This document shows, piece by piece, positions 49,458 through 60,169 of a DNA stretch of 64,000 nucleotides. Made by a program: the position numbers and the translations under genes. The notes below the pieces were generated by a model that worked only from the letters and a program-made list of their open reading frames with translations, ran no database searches and was not told the origin of the DNA. The DNA is taken from positions 1,178,001 through 1,242,000 of the forward strand of contig JANHCV010000004.1 of NCBI GenBank assembly GCA_025594325.1, written 5' to 3'. This stretch comes from Blastocladiella emersonii ATCC 22665. Its lineage: Eukaryota; Fungi; Blastocladiomycota. The first letter of the stretch is position 1. Each line of letters starts with the position of its first letter.

Positions 49458-49857
49458 AGTAGGCTGGATCTCGGCGTGCAACGTAGGGTGAGCCCGTTGC
49501 ATCAAGTGCCGTCGTCTTTACGACACAGTTTCATGGATTTATGCGTTGTATGAGGGAGGGAGAGCGAGTGTTTGAGCTTTGATCGGGCGGCTGCTGCGCC
49601 ACCTCGCGAAACGTGGGCGACGGGACTCCCCAGGGCGGCTTGTGCGTTGGTTTTCGCTCCACCTCAGCAAAGGAACGATGTCGGCTTCGTGCTTTCACAG
49701 GAGTCGCTCTTCGCCATGCATCGCGCCATCCTGAATGCGGTGCCCACCGTATTTCACCTGTGCACCGCACCGCACGCAAATCGCTTTGTGGCCGGGACCG
49801 CCGATCAACTAACGCTCGCGTAACATCGCGTCACATCACATCATATCCATCATCAAA

Positions 49858-51333
49858 CTAATCCCATTCCCATTCCTTGTACAAGGCCGACAGGTACGTC
49901 AGATGGGTAGCAAAATACATGTGCAGGATCTCGACGTGCGTGATCCCGGGGCCGTACATGTCGCAAAGGACGAGCGGCAACGGCGTGATGCCGAACCCGT
50001 CGCCCGTCAAGAGGGAGCGAGGAATAAGGACCGGGCGGCATTGCGGGTTGTCGGGCGAGACGTGGCCGGGCATGAACATCCAGTGGTAGGTGATGCCGCG
50101 ATCATCGTCGTCCACGAGGAAGAAGACGCCTGCGTGGAGGCTAGCTGACGACCGGCCACCAGCTGACGACTGGCCACCATCCGTGGTCGCCGAGGAGACA
50201 AGGTACCGCACGAGCATGGAGACAGCCACAAAGTACGAAGCAGGGTGCGCGACAAGCCGGTCGTACGAAGCGGGGCTGTTCTCGAAGCTCATGGGCACAT
50301 TGACCCCGAGCCGGTCAAACGCCGCCTTGGTCTCGGGGAACATGGTTACCGAAATGGTGCCCGCGGCGCCGTAGATACGGCAGTTGACGGGCTCAAGGCC
50401 GCGGGAGCGGGCGCCGGCGAGAAGGTCGACGCAGGTGACGCACGGGCACTGTTGGTCCTCTTCTGTCGACTCGATTTCGTCCCGCGGCGGCCGCACGCCG
50501 TGCGACTCGAGCGCGAGTTCGAGGCAGCGCGGAATCGAGCCGTGCGCGGCAGCGTCAAACTCGAGCACGTTGCGAGCGGGCACGGTATCCGTTGCGCGGT
50601 ACAGCGAGCGCGGGTGGAAGCGCAATGGCCTGGAACGAAATGTAGTCTCCAGAAGGTACTGGTCCACTGCAGCAAAAAACTGGTGCATCTCGGTAAGACA
50701 GCGGCTGATGTCGAGGACGTACACGGGCGCTGAACACAGATCGGCTACACGAGCGAGGGTCAGAGCCAAGGCCTTGTAAATGCAGCGAGGTGTGCGCATA
50801 CCAAGCGTGGGCGCGGATGGGAGCAGCCCTAGGAGCGCAATAGTTGCAGCCCAATGCTGATCAGCGTGTAGCGCGCGCATAATCTGGCCGTACGCCACGA
50901 GCTGCTCATAGCCAGTCATGGACGTAAAGTGGGTCCCGTAGCCCTCCCGCGCCGCGCGTACGGCGGCGTCGGTCACCCACACGGTGCATGCGTGGTAGTC
51001 GCCGGTATTCGGATCGAAGACGGCTGACCCCACGGAGATGACATTGATGTTGTTTCTGGTATAACTCAGTGCGAGGTGCTGCGCAAGGAGCGCCGCGTAC
51101 AGGACGTCGATGTGCACGATCTGGATCGACAAGCTGTCAGGAAACCGCCCGTTCCGGACACTGGCCACGCTGGAAGTCCAGATCTTGATGTGGTCGGGAC
51201 CGGATTCCAAGTATTTCGGTGGGTCTGGATTTGGCGGCTCGGCCGTCGCCTCGGCCGTCACCTCAGCCGTCACCTCGACGGTCACATCGGCACTCAAGTA
51301 TTCTTCAGCTTGAGTAGTCATGGCAGGTTGCAT
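49858..51333 (-). CDS. Tandem unknown family, copy D; intron 1 (57 nt) is in frame and intron 2 appears exonised
   Basis: The 491-aa uninterrupted ORF contains all motifs and a canonical GTATGC...CTGAC...TAG intron 1. Confidence 0.85.
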   Translation of the reverse strand: MQPAMTTQAEEYLSADVTVEVTAEVTAEATAEPPNPDPPKYLESGPDHIKIWTSSVASVRNGRFPDSLSIQIVHIDVLYAALLAQHLALSYTRNNINVISVGSAVFDPNTGDYHACTVWVTDAAVRAAREGYGTHFTSMTGYEQLVAYGQIMRALHADQHWAATIALLGLLPSAPTLGMRTPRCIYKALALTLARVADLCSAPVYVLDISRCLTEMHQFFAAVDQYLLETTFRSRPLRFHPRSLYRATDTVPARNVLEFDAAAHGSIPRCLELALESHGVRPPRDEIESTEEDQQCPCVTCVDLLAGARSRGLEPVNCRIYGAAGTISVTMFPETKAAFDRLGVNVPMSFENSPASYDRLVAHPASYFVAVSMLVRYLVSSATTDGGQSSAGGRSSASLHAGVFFLVDDDDRGITYHWMFMPGHVSPDNPQCRPVLIPRSLLTGDGFGITPLPLVLCDMYGPGITHVEILHMYFATHLTYLSALYKEWEWD

Positions 51334-51495
51334 TAAAGTGCAAGATGGACAAGTTGCATCAAGTGTCAGGGCCGAAAGGTCGCAGTTTCATGGGATCATG
51401 CGTTGCATTCGTTGGCGAGGGGAGAGCGAGAGCACGCCGCGAGACAGCAGCTTCAGCACGCTCCCCGCTGCCTTCCCCGCTTCACTCATGTGATT

Positions 51496-52923
51496 CTACT
51501 CAGCGTTCATATATCCTACCACCTCCCCCAACGAAGTCGGCGTCGCAAAGTACATATCGATGATCTCGACGTGCCCGATCGCGTCGGCGCCGTACATGTC
51601 GCGCAGGCACAGCGGCGACGGCGTGACGCCGTACCCGTCGCCGTCGTCCGCGTGCGGCGGCAGCGGGACGACGACCGGCCTGCACTCTGGGTTGGGCGGC
51701 GTCGCGTGGCCGGGCAGGAACACCCACTGGCACAGGTGGCTGTGGTCCGGGTCGTCGTCGAGGAAGAAGACGCCCGTGTGCAGCGTGGCCGCGGGTCGGC
51801 CGCGGGCCTTGGGCGGCGGCGACGGTGGCGAGGTCACCGTGTACCGCACGGACACGGACACGTTGACTGAGCTGGACCTGAACGTTGCGCGCGCGTGGGT
51901 TGCGGTTAGATCAGCGCGTGCGTGGGAGTGAGGGAAGCGACTCGTACGCGACACCCACGACCGCGTTCAGCCCGAGCCGGTCGAACGCGTCCGAGTTCTC
52001 GGGGAACAGCGTCACTTTCGTCGCACCCGTGGCGCCGTGGACGCGGCACTTTCTCGGCTCGATCCCGCGGGCGCGCGCGCCAGTGAGCAAGTGCACGCCC
52101 GTGACGTGCGGCTTGGACCAGTCCGTGACGTTGCTCATGAGCGAGAACGCGTTCTGGAGGCCGTGCTCCTCGACGGCACGGTCGAGACACCGCGGGATGG
52201 TGCCGTGCGTGGCGGCGTCGAACGCGAGCATGCCGCGAGCGGGCGTAGTGTCCGTTGCGCGGAACAGCGAGCGCGGCCGGCACCGCGTCGGGCCGGGCGA
52301 GCTGAACGTCATAGTCAAGAGGACTTTGTCGACCTCGGTCAAGAAGTCGTACATGTCGGCAAGACATCGAGGCAGGTCCAGCACGCAGACTGGCGCGGAG
52401 CACAGCTCGGCTACACGCGAGAATCAGGTCAGGGGCCAGCTCGCCGCCCACCAGTCAATCCGACCGTACCGAGCGTCGGCGCGGACGGCAACAGCCCAAG
52501 CAACGCAACCGCCGCGGCCCAGTGCCGGTCAGCATGCAACGCGCGCATGATCTGGCCGTACGCGGCGAGGAGCTGTCCCTCCGCCATCGCGGTGAAGTGG
52601 AGCCCGTATCCCTCTCGCGCCGCACACACCGCCTTCTCGGTCAACCACGCGTCGTCTTTCGGATCGTACTGCTCGGGCAGAATCGCGTCGAGGTTGGTCT
52701 GCGCGTAGCCGAGCGCCATGTGTCGCGCGAGGAGCGCCGCGTAGAGCGCGTCGATGTGGACGATCTGGATCGACAAGCTGTCGGGGAACCGCCCGTCGCG
52801 GACGCTCGCCAGCGCCGAGGACCATGTGTAGACCTGGCTCGGCCCGCCTTCGAGGCACGTTGGCCACGCTGGGTTGGTTGCGGAGGGAGGAGCGGGTTGC
52901 ATCAAGTCAGACTCGGTTTTCAT
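51496..52923 (-). CDS. Tandem unknown family, copy E, 3 exons
   Basis: ORFs 52429..52923, 51911..52384 and 51496..51954 share the family motifs and intron positions. Confidence 0.85.
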
Positions 52924-53364
52924 GGGTTCATGCGTTGCATTCGTCGAGGAGAGGGAGAGCGAGCGGGATCAGGGCGGCGGCAGCTCGAGGTGTCCTTGCA
53001 ACAGCCCCTGCTCGCCCAACGCCCTTGAAGCTGTCCGTGGCCGCGGCCGCTCGCCGACCACGGCCATGGTCATGGCCACGATTCTCGTTTTTGGTCGCCG
53101 ATGAGCTCTCCCAAGCTCCACAATGCCCATGTGCGCGGTGCCGTCGGCCGTTCACCGCATCGCACATGCTTCGCTTGTGGCCAGAGTCCTCGGATCGTCA
53201 TGTACCACCGCGGCCACCGCGGCCACCCTGAGCACCGTGGAATCGTACATCTATCATGCAAAGTTGAGGGAAAATCGGGCGCGGGCGTGGGAGTGCAAGT
53301 GCAAAATGCGGAGGAAGGGAGAAAGGACACACGAAGGAGGGGAAGGAGACTCACACATCTCCGT

Positions 53365-55824
53365 CTAAGCAAACTGGACGCCGCTCTCGATACTCCCGAT
53401 ACTACTAACACTCGCGCGGCGGGGCTGCTGGAGCTGCTGGGCCGACGGCTGGTGGACCGTGACCGTAGACGCAGCGACGACGCCGCTACCAGCTGCACCC
53501 GCGGGCATGGGCGCGGACGTGTAGCTGTGCACCGACGGCGACCCGTTGGCCGCCGCGTCACGGCGGATCAGCGTCTCGGCGGGCAGGTACAGCTCGTCGG
53601 AGCTGGCCGTGTGCACGCTGGCGTTCTGCGCGCGCGGCGTCACGGGCGAGGTGACGACCGTGGTCGTCTTGCTCGTCGTCACCGCCGACGTCGTGATGAC
53701 CGGCGACGTGACGATGGTCGACGTCGTCGCGAGCGTGTGCTGCTGGTGGTACTGCTGCGCGCCCGCGGACCCGGGGCGCGTGATCCCAGCACCAGCCGCC
53801 GAGTTCGACGCGACGGCGTCGCTCGCCGTCGACCGCGTCGTGTACCCGGACATGCGCGACATGCGGTTCGCGTTGTTGCCGCTGCTGCTCGCCGCCTCGG
53901 CATCCACGCCGGCGGCAGCCGAGCCGGCGCCGTAGTCGGACACGGACGCGCTGTCGCGGTGGATGACGGGGATCACGGGGCGCGTGGTGACGACGGGCGG
54001 GTGCGACTTGGCGGGGCCCATGTACAGGATGTTGAGGTTGGTGGCGGGCGTGGTCATGGTCGGGTGACCCGCCGAGTTGGGCCGCTGCTGCTGCATCGGC
54101 TGCGCCTGCTGCTGCTGCTGGTACGGGTCCGCCATGTCCATCTGGTACGCGTCGTACCCGTAGTCGAGCTGCGCGGGCGCCTGCTGCTGCTGGGGCTGCG
54201 AGTACATGTTGTGCGCGACGCCGGCACCACCGGAAGCGAGCGTCGACGCGCCCATGGTGCCAGCGGACGAGGCGGCGGCGGCAAGCGGCGCGGTCGGGCC
54301 CGAGAGGCCGAACTGCGGGCCGTTGGACCCGAGCTGCGGCGACGTGGCCGCGACGTTCACCTTGGTGGAAGCGGCGCCGACGTTGTTGTTCGCCGACGCG
54401 TTGGTGGTGCGGAACCGGGCCGCGGACACGGCGTCGCTGAGGCGGCGGTTATCCTTGGCCTTGCGGCTGCGGTTACGGCAGTACCATGCGACGAGGGCGG
54501 CGGCCATGAGCAGGGCGACGCCGGCGCACGCGATGCCGACGATGACGGGAACGGTCCAGAAAGTGGTCGCGTTCCCGCCGGCGGTGCCGTTGGGCAGCGC
54601 GACGGTCGGGACCACGTCGCCGAAGATGAGGGACGCGTCGGGCGGCGAGTACTGGGCGGTCCACCCGGTGGTGGCCTCGGTGATGCTCGAGAAGTCGTAG
54701 AGGTGCATGGCGGCGATCGGGTTGGCGCCGGCGGCGCCGTCGAAGACGGCCATGCCGAGATCGGCGACGTCGCGGACCTGGAGCGACGAGTACCCGAACG
54801 ACACGAACACGTGGCGCGCGGCGCACGTCAGCTGGTGGAAGGCGCGGCCGACCGGGTAGACGGCGGCGTCGGCGCGGTTGGCGTCGTAGTTGGCGGCGGC
54901 GGGGCGGTACACCGGGTTCCAGGTGAACGAGTCCTTTTCCTTGTCGAAGACGAGCGCGCTCATGTCGGCGTAGAAGGCCGAGTTGTCCGTGTTGGTGCCG
55001 CCGAACATGTACACGAAGTTGCCGATGGAGCAGGTCGCGTGGCCGCGGCGCGCGACGGGTGGGACGCCCGTGGCCTGGTACAGCTTCCACGAGTTGTTGC
55101 TGACGTTGTACACCCACACCTCGTTCATCGGGTGCAGCGTACCGTCGGCGCGCACGCCGCCCACGACCGTCAGAAGGTTCTGGTTCTCGCGCAGCGCCGT
55201 GAACGTGAACTGCGTCAGCCCCGGCGGGCCGCCCGACACGGCGTACTGCGTCCACGCGTTGGTCGCGAGGTCGAGCTTCCACAGCTCGTTGGTGCCCGGG
55301 CCGGGGACGCCGAGGACGGCTACACGGGAGGATGGCGCGCGTGGGTCAGCTTCGACACGCTTGACATGGAAGAGAAGAAGGAGCGTACTGTTGGACGCCG
55401 TCTTGGACCCGCCAAACACATAGTACCCGCCGTTCGCGTACGCTACGCCGTGCCCGATCCGCGGCCCGGGTCCGCCACTTGCGGGCGCCGTCGAGGTCCC
55501 CGCGGTCCACTTACCCGTCGCGTCCGAGTAGATGAGGTCGAGCATGCCGCTGCCGAGCGTGCCGGAGGTCTCGACGCCGCCGAGGCACCGGACGTGGTCC
55601 TTGGCGAGCGAGCGGCACCCGGAGCCCGACAGGCCCGAGGGCGCGGCGTTGTCGGCGGCGCGCATCGAGTAGGCCGGGCTCGACACGGGCCACGACTTGG
55701 CCAGATCGACGCGCAGCACCTCCGAGATGGCCGCGGCGCCCGTCCGCCCGCCGATCAGGTACAGCTGCGTGCCCGCGACGAGCCCGCTGTGCCCGTAGCG
55801 CGGCGCGACGGCTTTGGATGCCAT
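53365..55824 (-). CDS. Kelch-repeat beta-propeller protein with a single transmembrane helix and a Gln/Ser/Thr-rich tail; one 69-nt in-frame intron (~55375-55310)
   Basis: Kelch blades PRYGHSGLVAGTQLYLIGG, PRIGHGVAYANGGYYVFGG, ARRGHATCSIGNFVYMFGG and GRAFHQLT. TM segment VPVIVGIACAGVALLMAAALVAWYC is followed by RNRSRK. Confidence 0.82.
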   Translation of the reverse strand: MASKAVAPRYGHSGLVAGTQLYLIGGRTGAAAISEVLRVDLAKSWPVSSPAYSMRAADNAAPSGLSGSGCRSLAKDHVRCLGGVETSGTLGSGMLDLIYSDATGKWTAGTSTAPASGGPGPRIGHGVAYANGGYYVFGGSKTASNSTLLLLFHVKRVEADPRAPSSRVAVLGVPGPGTNELWKLDLATNAWTQYAVSGGPPGLTQFTFTALRENQNLLTVVGGVRADGTLHPMNEVWVYNVSNNSWKLYQATGVPPVARRGHATCSIGNFVYMFGGTNTDNSAFYADMSALVFDKEKDSFTWNPVYRPAAANYDANRADAAVYPVGRAFHQLTCAARHVFVSFGYSSLQVRDVADLGMAVFDGAAGANPIAAMHLYDFSSITEATTGWTAQYSPPDASLIFGDVVPTVALPNGTAGGNATTFWTVPVIVGIACAGVALLMAAALVAWYCRNRSRKAKDNRRLSDAVSAARFRTTNASANNNVGAASTKVNVAATSPQLGSNGPQFGLSGPTAPLAAAASSAGTMGASTLASGGAGVAHNMYSQPQQQQAPAQLDYGYDAYQMDMADPYQQQQQAQPMQQQRPNSAGHPTMTTPATNLNILYMGPAKSHPPVVTTRPVIPVIHRDSASVSDYGAGSAAAGVDAEAASSSGNNANRMSRMSGYTTRSTASDAVASNSAAGAGITRPGSAGAQQYHQQHTLATTSTIVTSPVITTSAVTTSKTTTVVTSPVTPRAQNASVHTASSDELYLPAETLIRRDAAANGSPSVHSYTSAPMPAGAAGSGVVAASTVTVHQPSAQQLQQPRRASVSSIGSIESGVQFA

Positions 55825-56379
55825 GAGGAAGAGGTGGGGTATGGGTGCAGGAGTGGCGTCAAGCGAGGGTGCACGCCCAGAGATAGAGAAGAGATCGCCG
55901 CGACGGAGAGCGGGGGCGCGACTGCAATAAGTCGCGAGGTTGGGCGCTGCTCTCGTTGTTGCAGGATGTTGAGCAGCGTCAAGATTTGCGTTGCCGTTGT
56001 CGCCGACGACGGCGAGTGGCGGCGGCGCCGACGACGAAAGCCAGCCAGGCAGCGGCCTTTGAACGAGCCATCGGGTGCCCGCATGGGCCCGCCCTGCTGC
56101 GGCTGAGTAGCGCCGTGAGCGCACGTGCCGTGTGGCGCGCCCCCTTGTCTCGCGCCGGTCGCGTGAGTTCCGCACGCGTCTCGCGTCAAAGTGGAGCTAA
56201 GCCGAGTGAATGAAGTGGGTTCAGCGCGGTATATTGGTGAGGAGGGAGAGAGAGGGTCTAGCCCGCGTCGCGATAACGACGCGATTAAGTAGCACGGGCG
56301 CGCGCACACACAGGGGGAAGGGTGGGCGAGCACACGACGTTGGAGTGGGGTAGGGTAAAGCGACACACCGCGTCAAGCG

Positions 56380-59258
56380 TCAGCGGGGAGATTCGGCAAA
56401 CCAGGGGGAGGCCGGAGACGCGGCCACGTTCTTGGCCAAGTTCAGAGACGAAGACGACGAGGACGAAGAAGACGTGGCGAGGAACGAGCGCATCCCGCTG
56501 GGCGCGGTGACGGGCGAGGCCGGGATCGCCGTGGGCACGGCGACCGAGGACCGGGACCGCGACAGCGCCGAGGGGCGGAACGAGTCGGTCGAGTTCTGGC
56601 TGGTGGTGCGCGACAGCTTGCGCATGGCCGTTTCCTGGCGGCACTGGTCCGTGAACTCGGTCGCGTCCATGGGCAGGTACGCCATGGGGTCGCACCGGTT
56701 CGGGAACTCCTCAAAGAACTGCTTGTACCCGCCCTCGAGCACGTAGATTTCCGGGTAGAAGACGGTCGGGTACCGCTCGAGATTGAGGATGCGGTCCTGC
56801 GCGCGCAGGTGCTTGGCCATGTCGGGGGCGCGCTTGCTCGAAAACTCGCAGTGGAACACGAGAACCGTCGAGCGCATGGCGCGCGGCTGCGACAGGAACA
56901 GCGCGTCCAGGTCCTCGAACCGGTTCACGTTCGCCGCGCCACGGATGTGCCCGCCCTCGTACTCGAACGGGAACCGGCAGTCCAGTACGTGCACCTGCTC
57001 GACGCCCGGCACCCGACCGTCCAGCACGTCCACCAGCGTCGCGGGCGTGATGCGGCGCAGCGAGTCCGACTTGCCGACCGTCGACTCGAGCAGGTGCGGC
57101 GTCGCCGGGTTGTGGTGCTGCGACGCCGGTGCCGGGGCGAGCGCCGGGGCGGGCACAACGGCCGACGACGACGACGACGTGTCCATGCGGTCCTCGCCAT
57201 GGAACGCCGTCACCATCCCACCACGACCCTTCGCCGTGACCGGCGCGGGCGACCCGAACACGCGCGGCTCGCCAGGCAGCGCGTCGGTCGTGAGCATGGT
57301 CGACGGGCGATACTCCCACGCGCCGCGGCCGAGCCCGGGCAGCGCCATGCTGTTGGTGGTACGGGCGCGCGCGAGAGATGGCGGGCGGATTGACGGTGCG
57401 CGTGGTGCGGGCATGACGCAGTTGGACACGTCGTCCGATGCCGCGGCGGGGACGACGGTCTGCAGCGACGCGGCCGTCTTGGTGCGCTTGAGCGGGCGGC
57501 GCACGGGCACGGGCGAGCGCGACGCCGCCGACGCGTGGTGGTCGTCCTCGGACATGGGGTCCGACGACCGCGTGTGCATGGGGCGCGGCGGCGGGCTCGC
57601 GTGCGGGTTGAAGGTGGCGAGGTCGCGCTTGCGCGACACGACCGATGCCGCGGCGGCGGCGGCTGCGGGCGCGGGAACAGGCGCGCCGAAGTTCATCATG
57701 GTCTCACTCCTATCATCCAGCACACGCGAGGAGAAAGTTAGCGCGCGCACTCGCCCAACCGTCCCGATCGTCGCGCCACATACCGAGTGCGGAACAGCGT
57801 GGGCGCCTTCCCGTCGTCGAGCTTGACCGACGGCACGCGGCCCGTGGACTTGCGCTGGATCGCCTTGGGCGGCTGCTGCTGCTGCGACGGCTGCTGCTGC
57901 TGCCAATGACGACCAGCAGGAAGCGTACGCTTCGGCGGAGCAGGAGCAGGAGCGGGAGCAGCGGGTAATGGCGGCTCGGCAGTCGACGCGAACACGGGCG
58001 AGGGCACGCGTGCCGCCGACGACGAGGTGCGGCGGAGCGAGGGCACGGGGGTCGGCGCGGCGGCGGGCGAGGGGGCGATCGAGATGGGCGTGGGCGCGAC
58101 GCGCGGGGTGCCGAACACGTCCGATGATGGCGTCGGCACCAGCGCGGGCGACGCGAAAAACGTGAACCCCTGCCCAGGCGTCGCGGCGGCGACCGACGAC
58201 GACGGAGCGGGAGCGCCGGCCAGCTTGGCGGGGCACGGTGTCCACGCGTCGGAGAGGTGGGCCGGAGTCCGCATCACGGTGGCGGGCGCGGACCGGTGCG
58301 AGGCCGACGCGGGGTGATGGCGGCGCGTGGACGGCACGGCGCCGGCCCACGGCGTCGACGCGCCCATGGACGACGGGGTGCTGGTTACGGTGCTGAGCAT
58401 GGCGGGCGCGCTGGCGCAGTCGTCCTCGAACTCCTCCCCATCGTCACCCGCAGCCGCCGCACACGGCGACGACGGGGCCGAAGCCGACGACGCGGCGACG
58501 GGCGAGAGCTCGGGCAGCGACGACGTCGAGAGCCGCGACGCGCGGGATGCGGGCGCAAAGTGCGCGGCCATGCTCACGGCCTCGTCGTGGTAGTAGTCGT
58601 CATCGTCCGAGAGCTCGAGGCAGACGCGCTGCTGCGAGAAGTGCGAGCGGCGGCGCGTGCGCGTCCCACCACTGCCGGCCGAGGAGCCGGACCGCGACCA
58701 CGTCGAGGCCGACGACGGGAGGCCGCTGTCCGGGGTCGCCGTGGTGGTGGTCGGCGGCGAGACGGGATCGCCCATGCTCGCGAGCAGGAGGTTCTGGTCG
58801 AGGTCGGCGGCGAGGACGGCCATGGGCACGGCCGACGCACACACGGAGACGGCGGTCGGGACGGCGGGCGACGTGGTGTCGGTGTTGGCGACGGGCGAGG
58901 CGAGGGGTGAGGAGGAAGAGGACGATGAGGAAGTAGCGTGGACGACGGGAGATGATGCAGCGGCAGCCGACTTGCGGAACCGCTGGGCGAGCGACGAGGC
59001 CGCGACCGGCTGCGGGGTGCGGAAGGCGGCAAACGAGTGCGGGGCCGACGCCGGCATGGCCAACGACCGGGCGCCGAACGAGGGCGTCCTGGCCAGTGGG
59101 TGCTGCGAGGACTGCGAGCGCGGGATCGAGTGCAGCCGTGGTGGCGGTGGAGGGAGGGGCGCCGAGGGCGAGGCGGCCTCGAGCGCACACGACGACGACT
59201 GGCCACCGCCACTGCCGACCAGGACAGTGGTGAAGGCATGCGAGTACGAGTGGGTCAT
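56380..59258 (-). CDS. CDC25: M-phase inducer phosphatase Cdc25/Mih1 (rhodanese catalytic domain, long disordered N-terminus), 1 intron (~57786-57718)
   Basis: LRRITPATLVDVL; LDCRFPFEYEGGHIRGAAN; active site VFHCEFSSKRAP; YPEIYVLEGGYKQFF; CDPMAYLPM. Confidence 0.93.
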
Positions 59259-60169
59259 GGAGCTGAAGGGTCGGCGGCGGCGGTGGTGGTGCAACGCGGC
59301 GGCGACGGGGAGTGCAGGCAGTTAGTCACAGTGACCATGGGAAGCGCGGTACGGGGAAGAGAGGGGGGCGGCGCGGGTGCGGGTGCGGAACGAGGATCGT
59401 GATGGCCCGGTGATGGCGATTGCGATGCCGGGGCGGGGACGGCAAGGGGTGGTGGAGGGCGGTGTTTGCTGGCTGCCGCGTCGTCGCATGTGGCGGGCGG
59501 GAGGGCAGACTTTCAGCAGCGAGCGGGGATCACGCGAGAGAGGGCTACGTACGATTCCATGTCCACGTCCGACGTCGATGAGTGCATGCTACTGCCGCGA
59601 GGGGGGCAGGGACGGGAACGGCGACCAGGGCGGGCCGGGGCGGAGCGCGGAGAGCGGGGACGACGCGTGCGCGCGGGTGGAGCAGCAGCGCGAGAAGGAT
59701 GCGCAACGTGTGTGTGGAGGGTATGCGATGCTAAGGCAAGGACCGGCGGCGACGCGCAAGGGCGGCACGTCGTCGTCGTCGCGTGGGGCGTGCTAGAGTA
59801 CGAGTGCGCAAGTCGGCAGCAGCAAGTCGCCCGCGGGTCGGGGAGGAGGGAATAGGGGATATGGCTAGGCGATGCAGCGAGGGAGGATGCCGTCCGTCCG
59901 TCCTCTGCGTGGGGGGAGAGAGAGCACAGCCGGCAGCAGGCAGCCAGCAGCGTCGGACGGGACGGCGCGATTTTGCAGGTGCCCTGAGACGGCCGGCTGT
60001 GCAAAACCAGTTTTCCCTGATCACGCCGCGGCGCGTCTCGCACGGCGCACGCGTCTCGCACTTCCTCTTCCCCTCCCCTCCACTTTGCTCAGCATGACGC
60101 GCCGATCCCCCTATCACCTCACCAAGTGCACTTGTTTCCATCCATTCCCACGCGCTCACCTTCTCACCA

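Noticed and set aside
55825-56175. N-terminal ~117 aa of the 936-aa ORF
   Set aside because: It starts at TTG and has no kelch or signal features; it is more likely 5' UTR in a stop-poor GC-rich frame.
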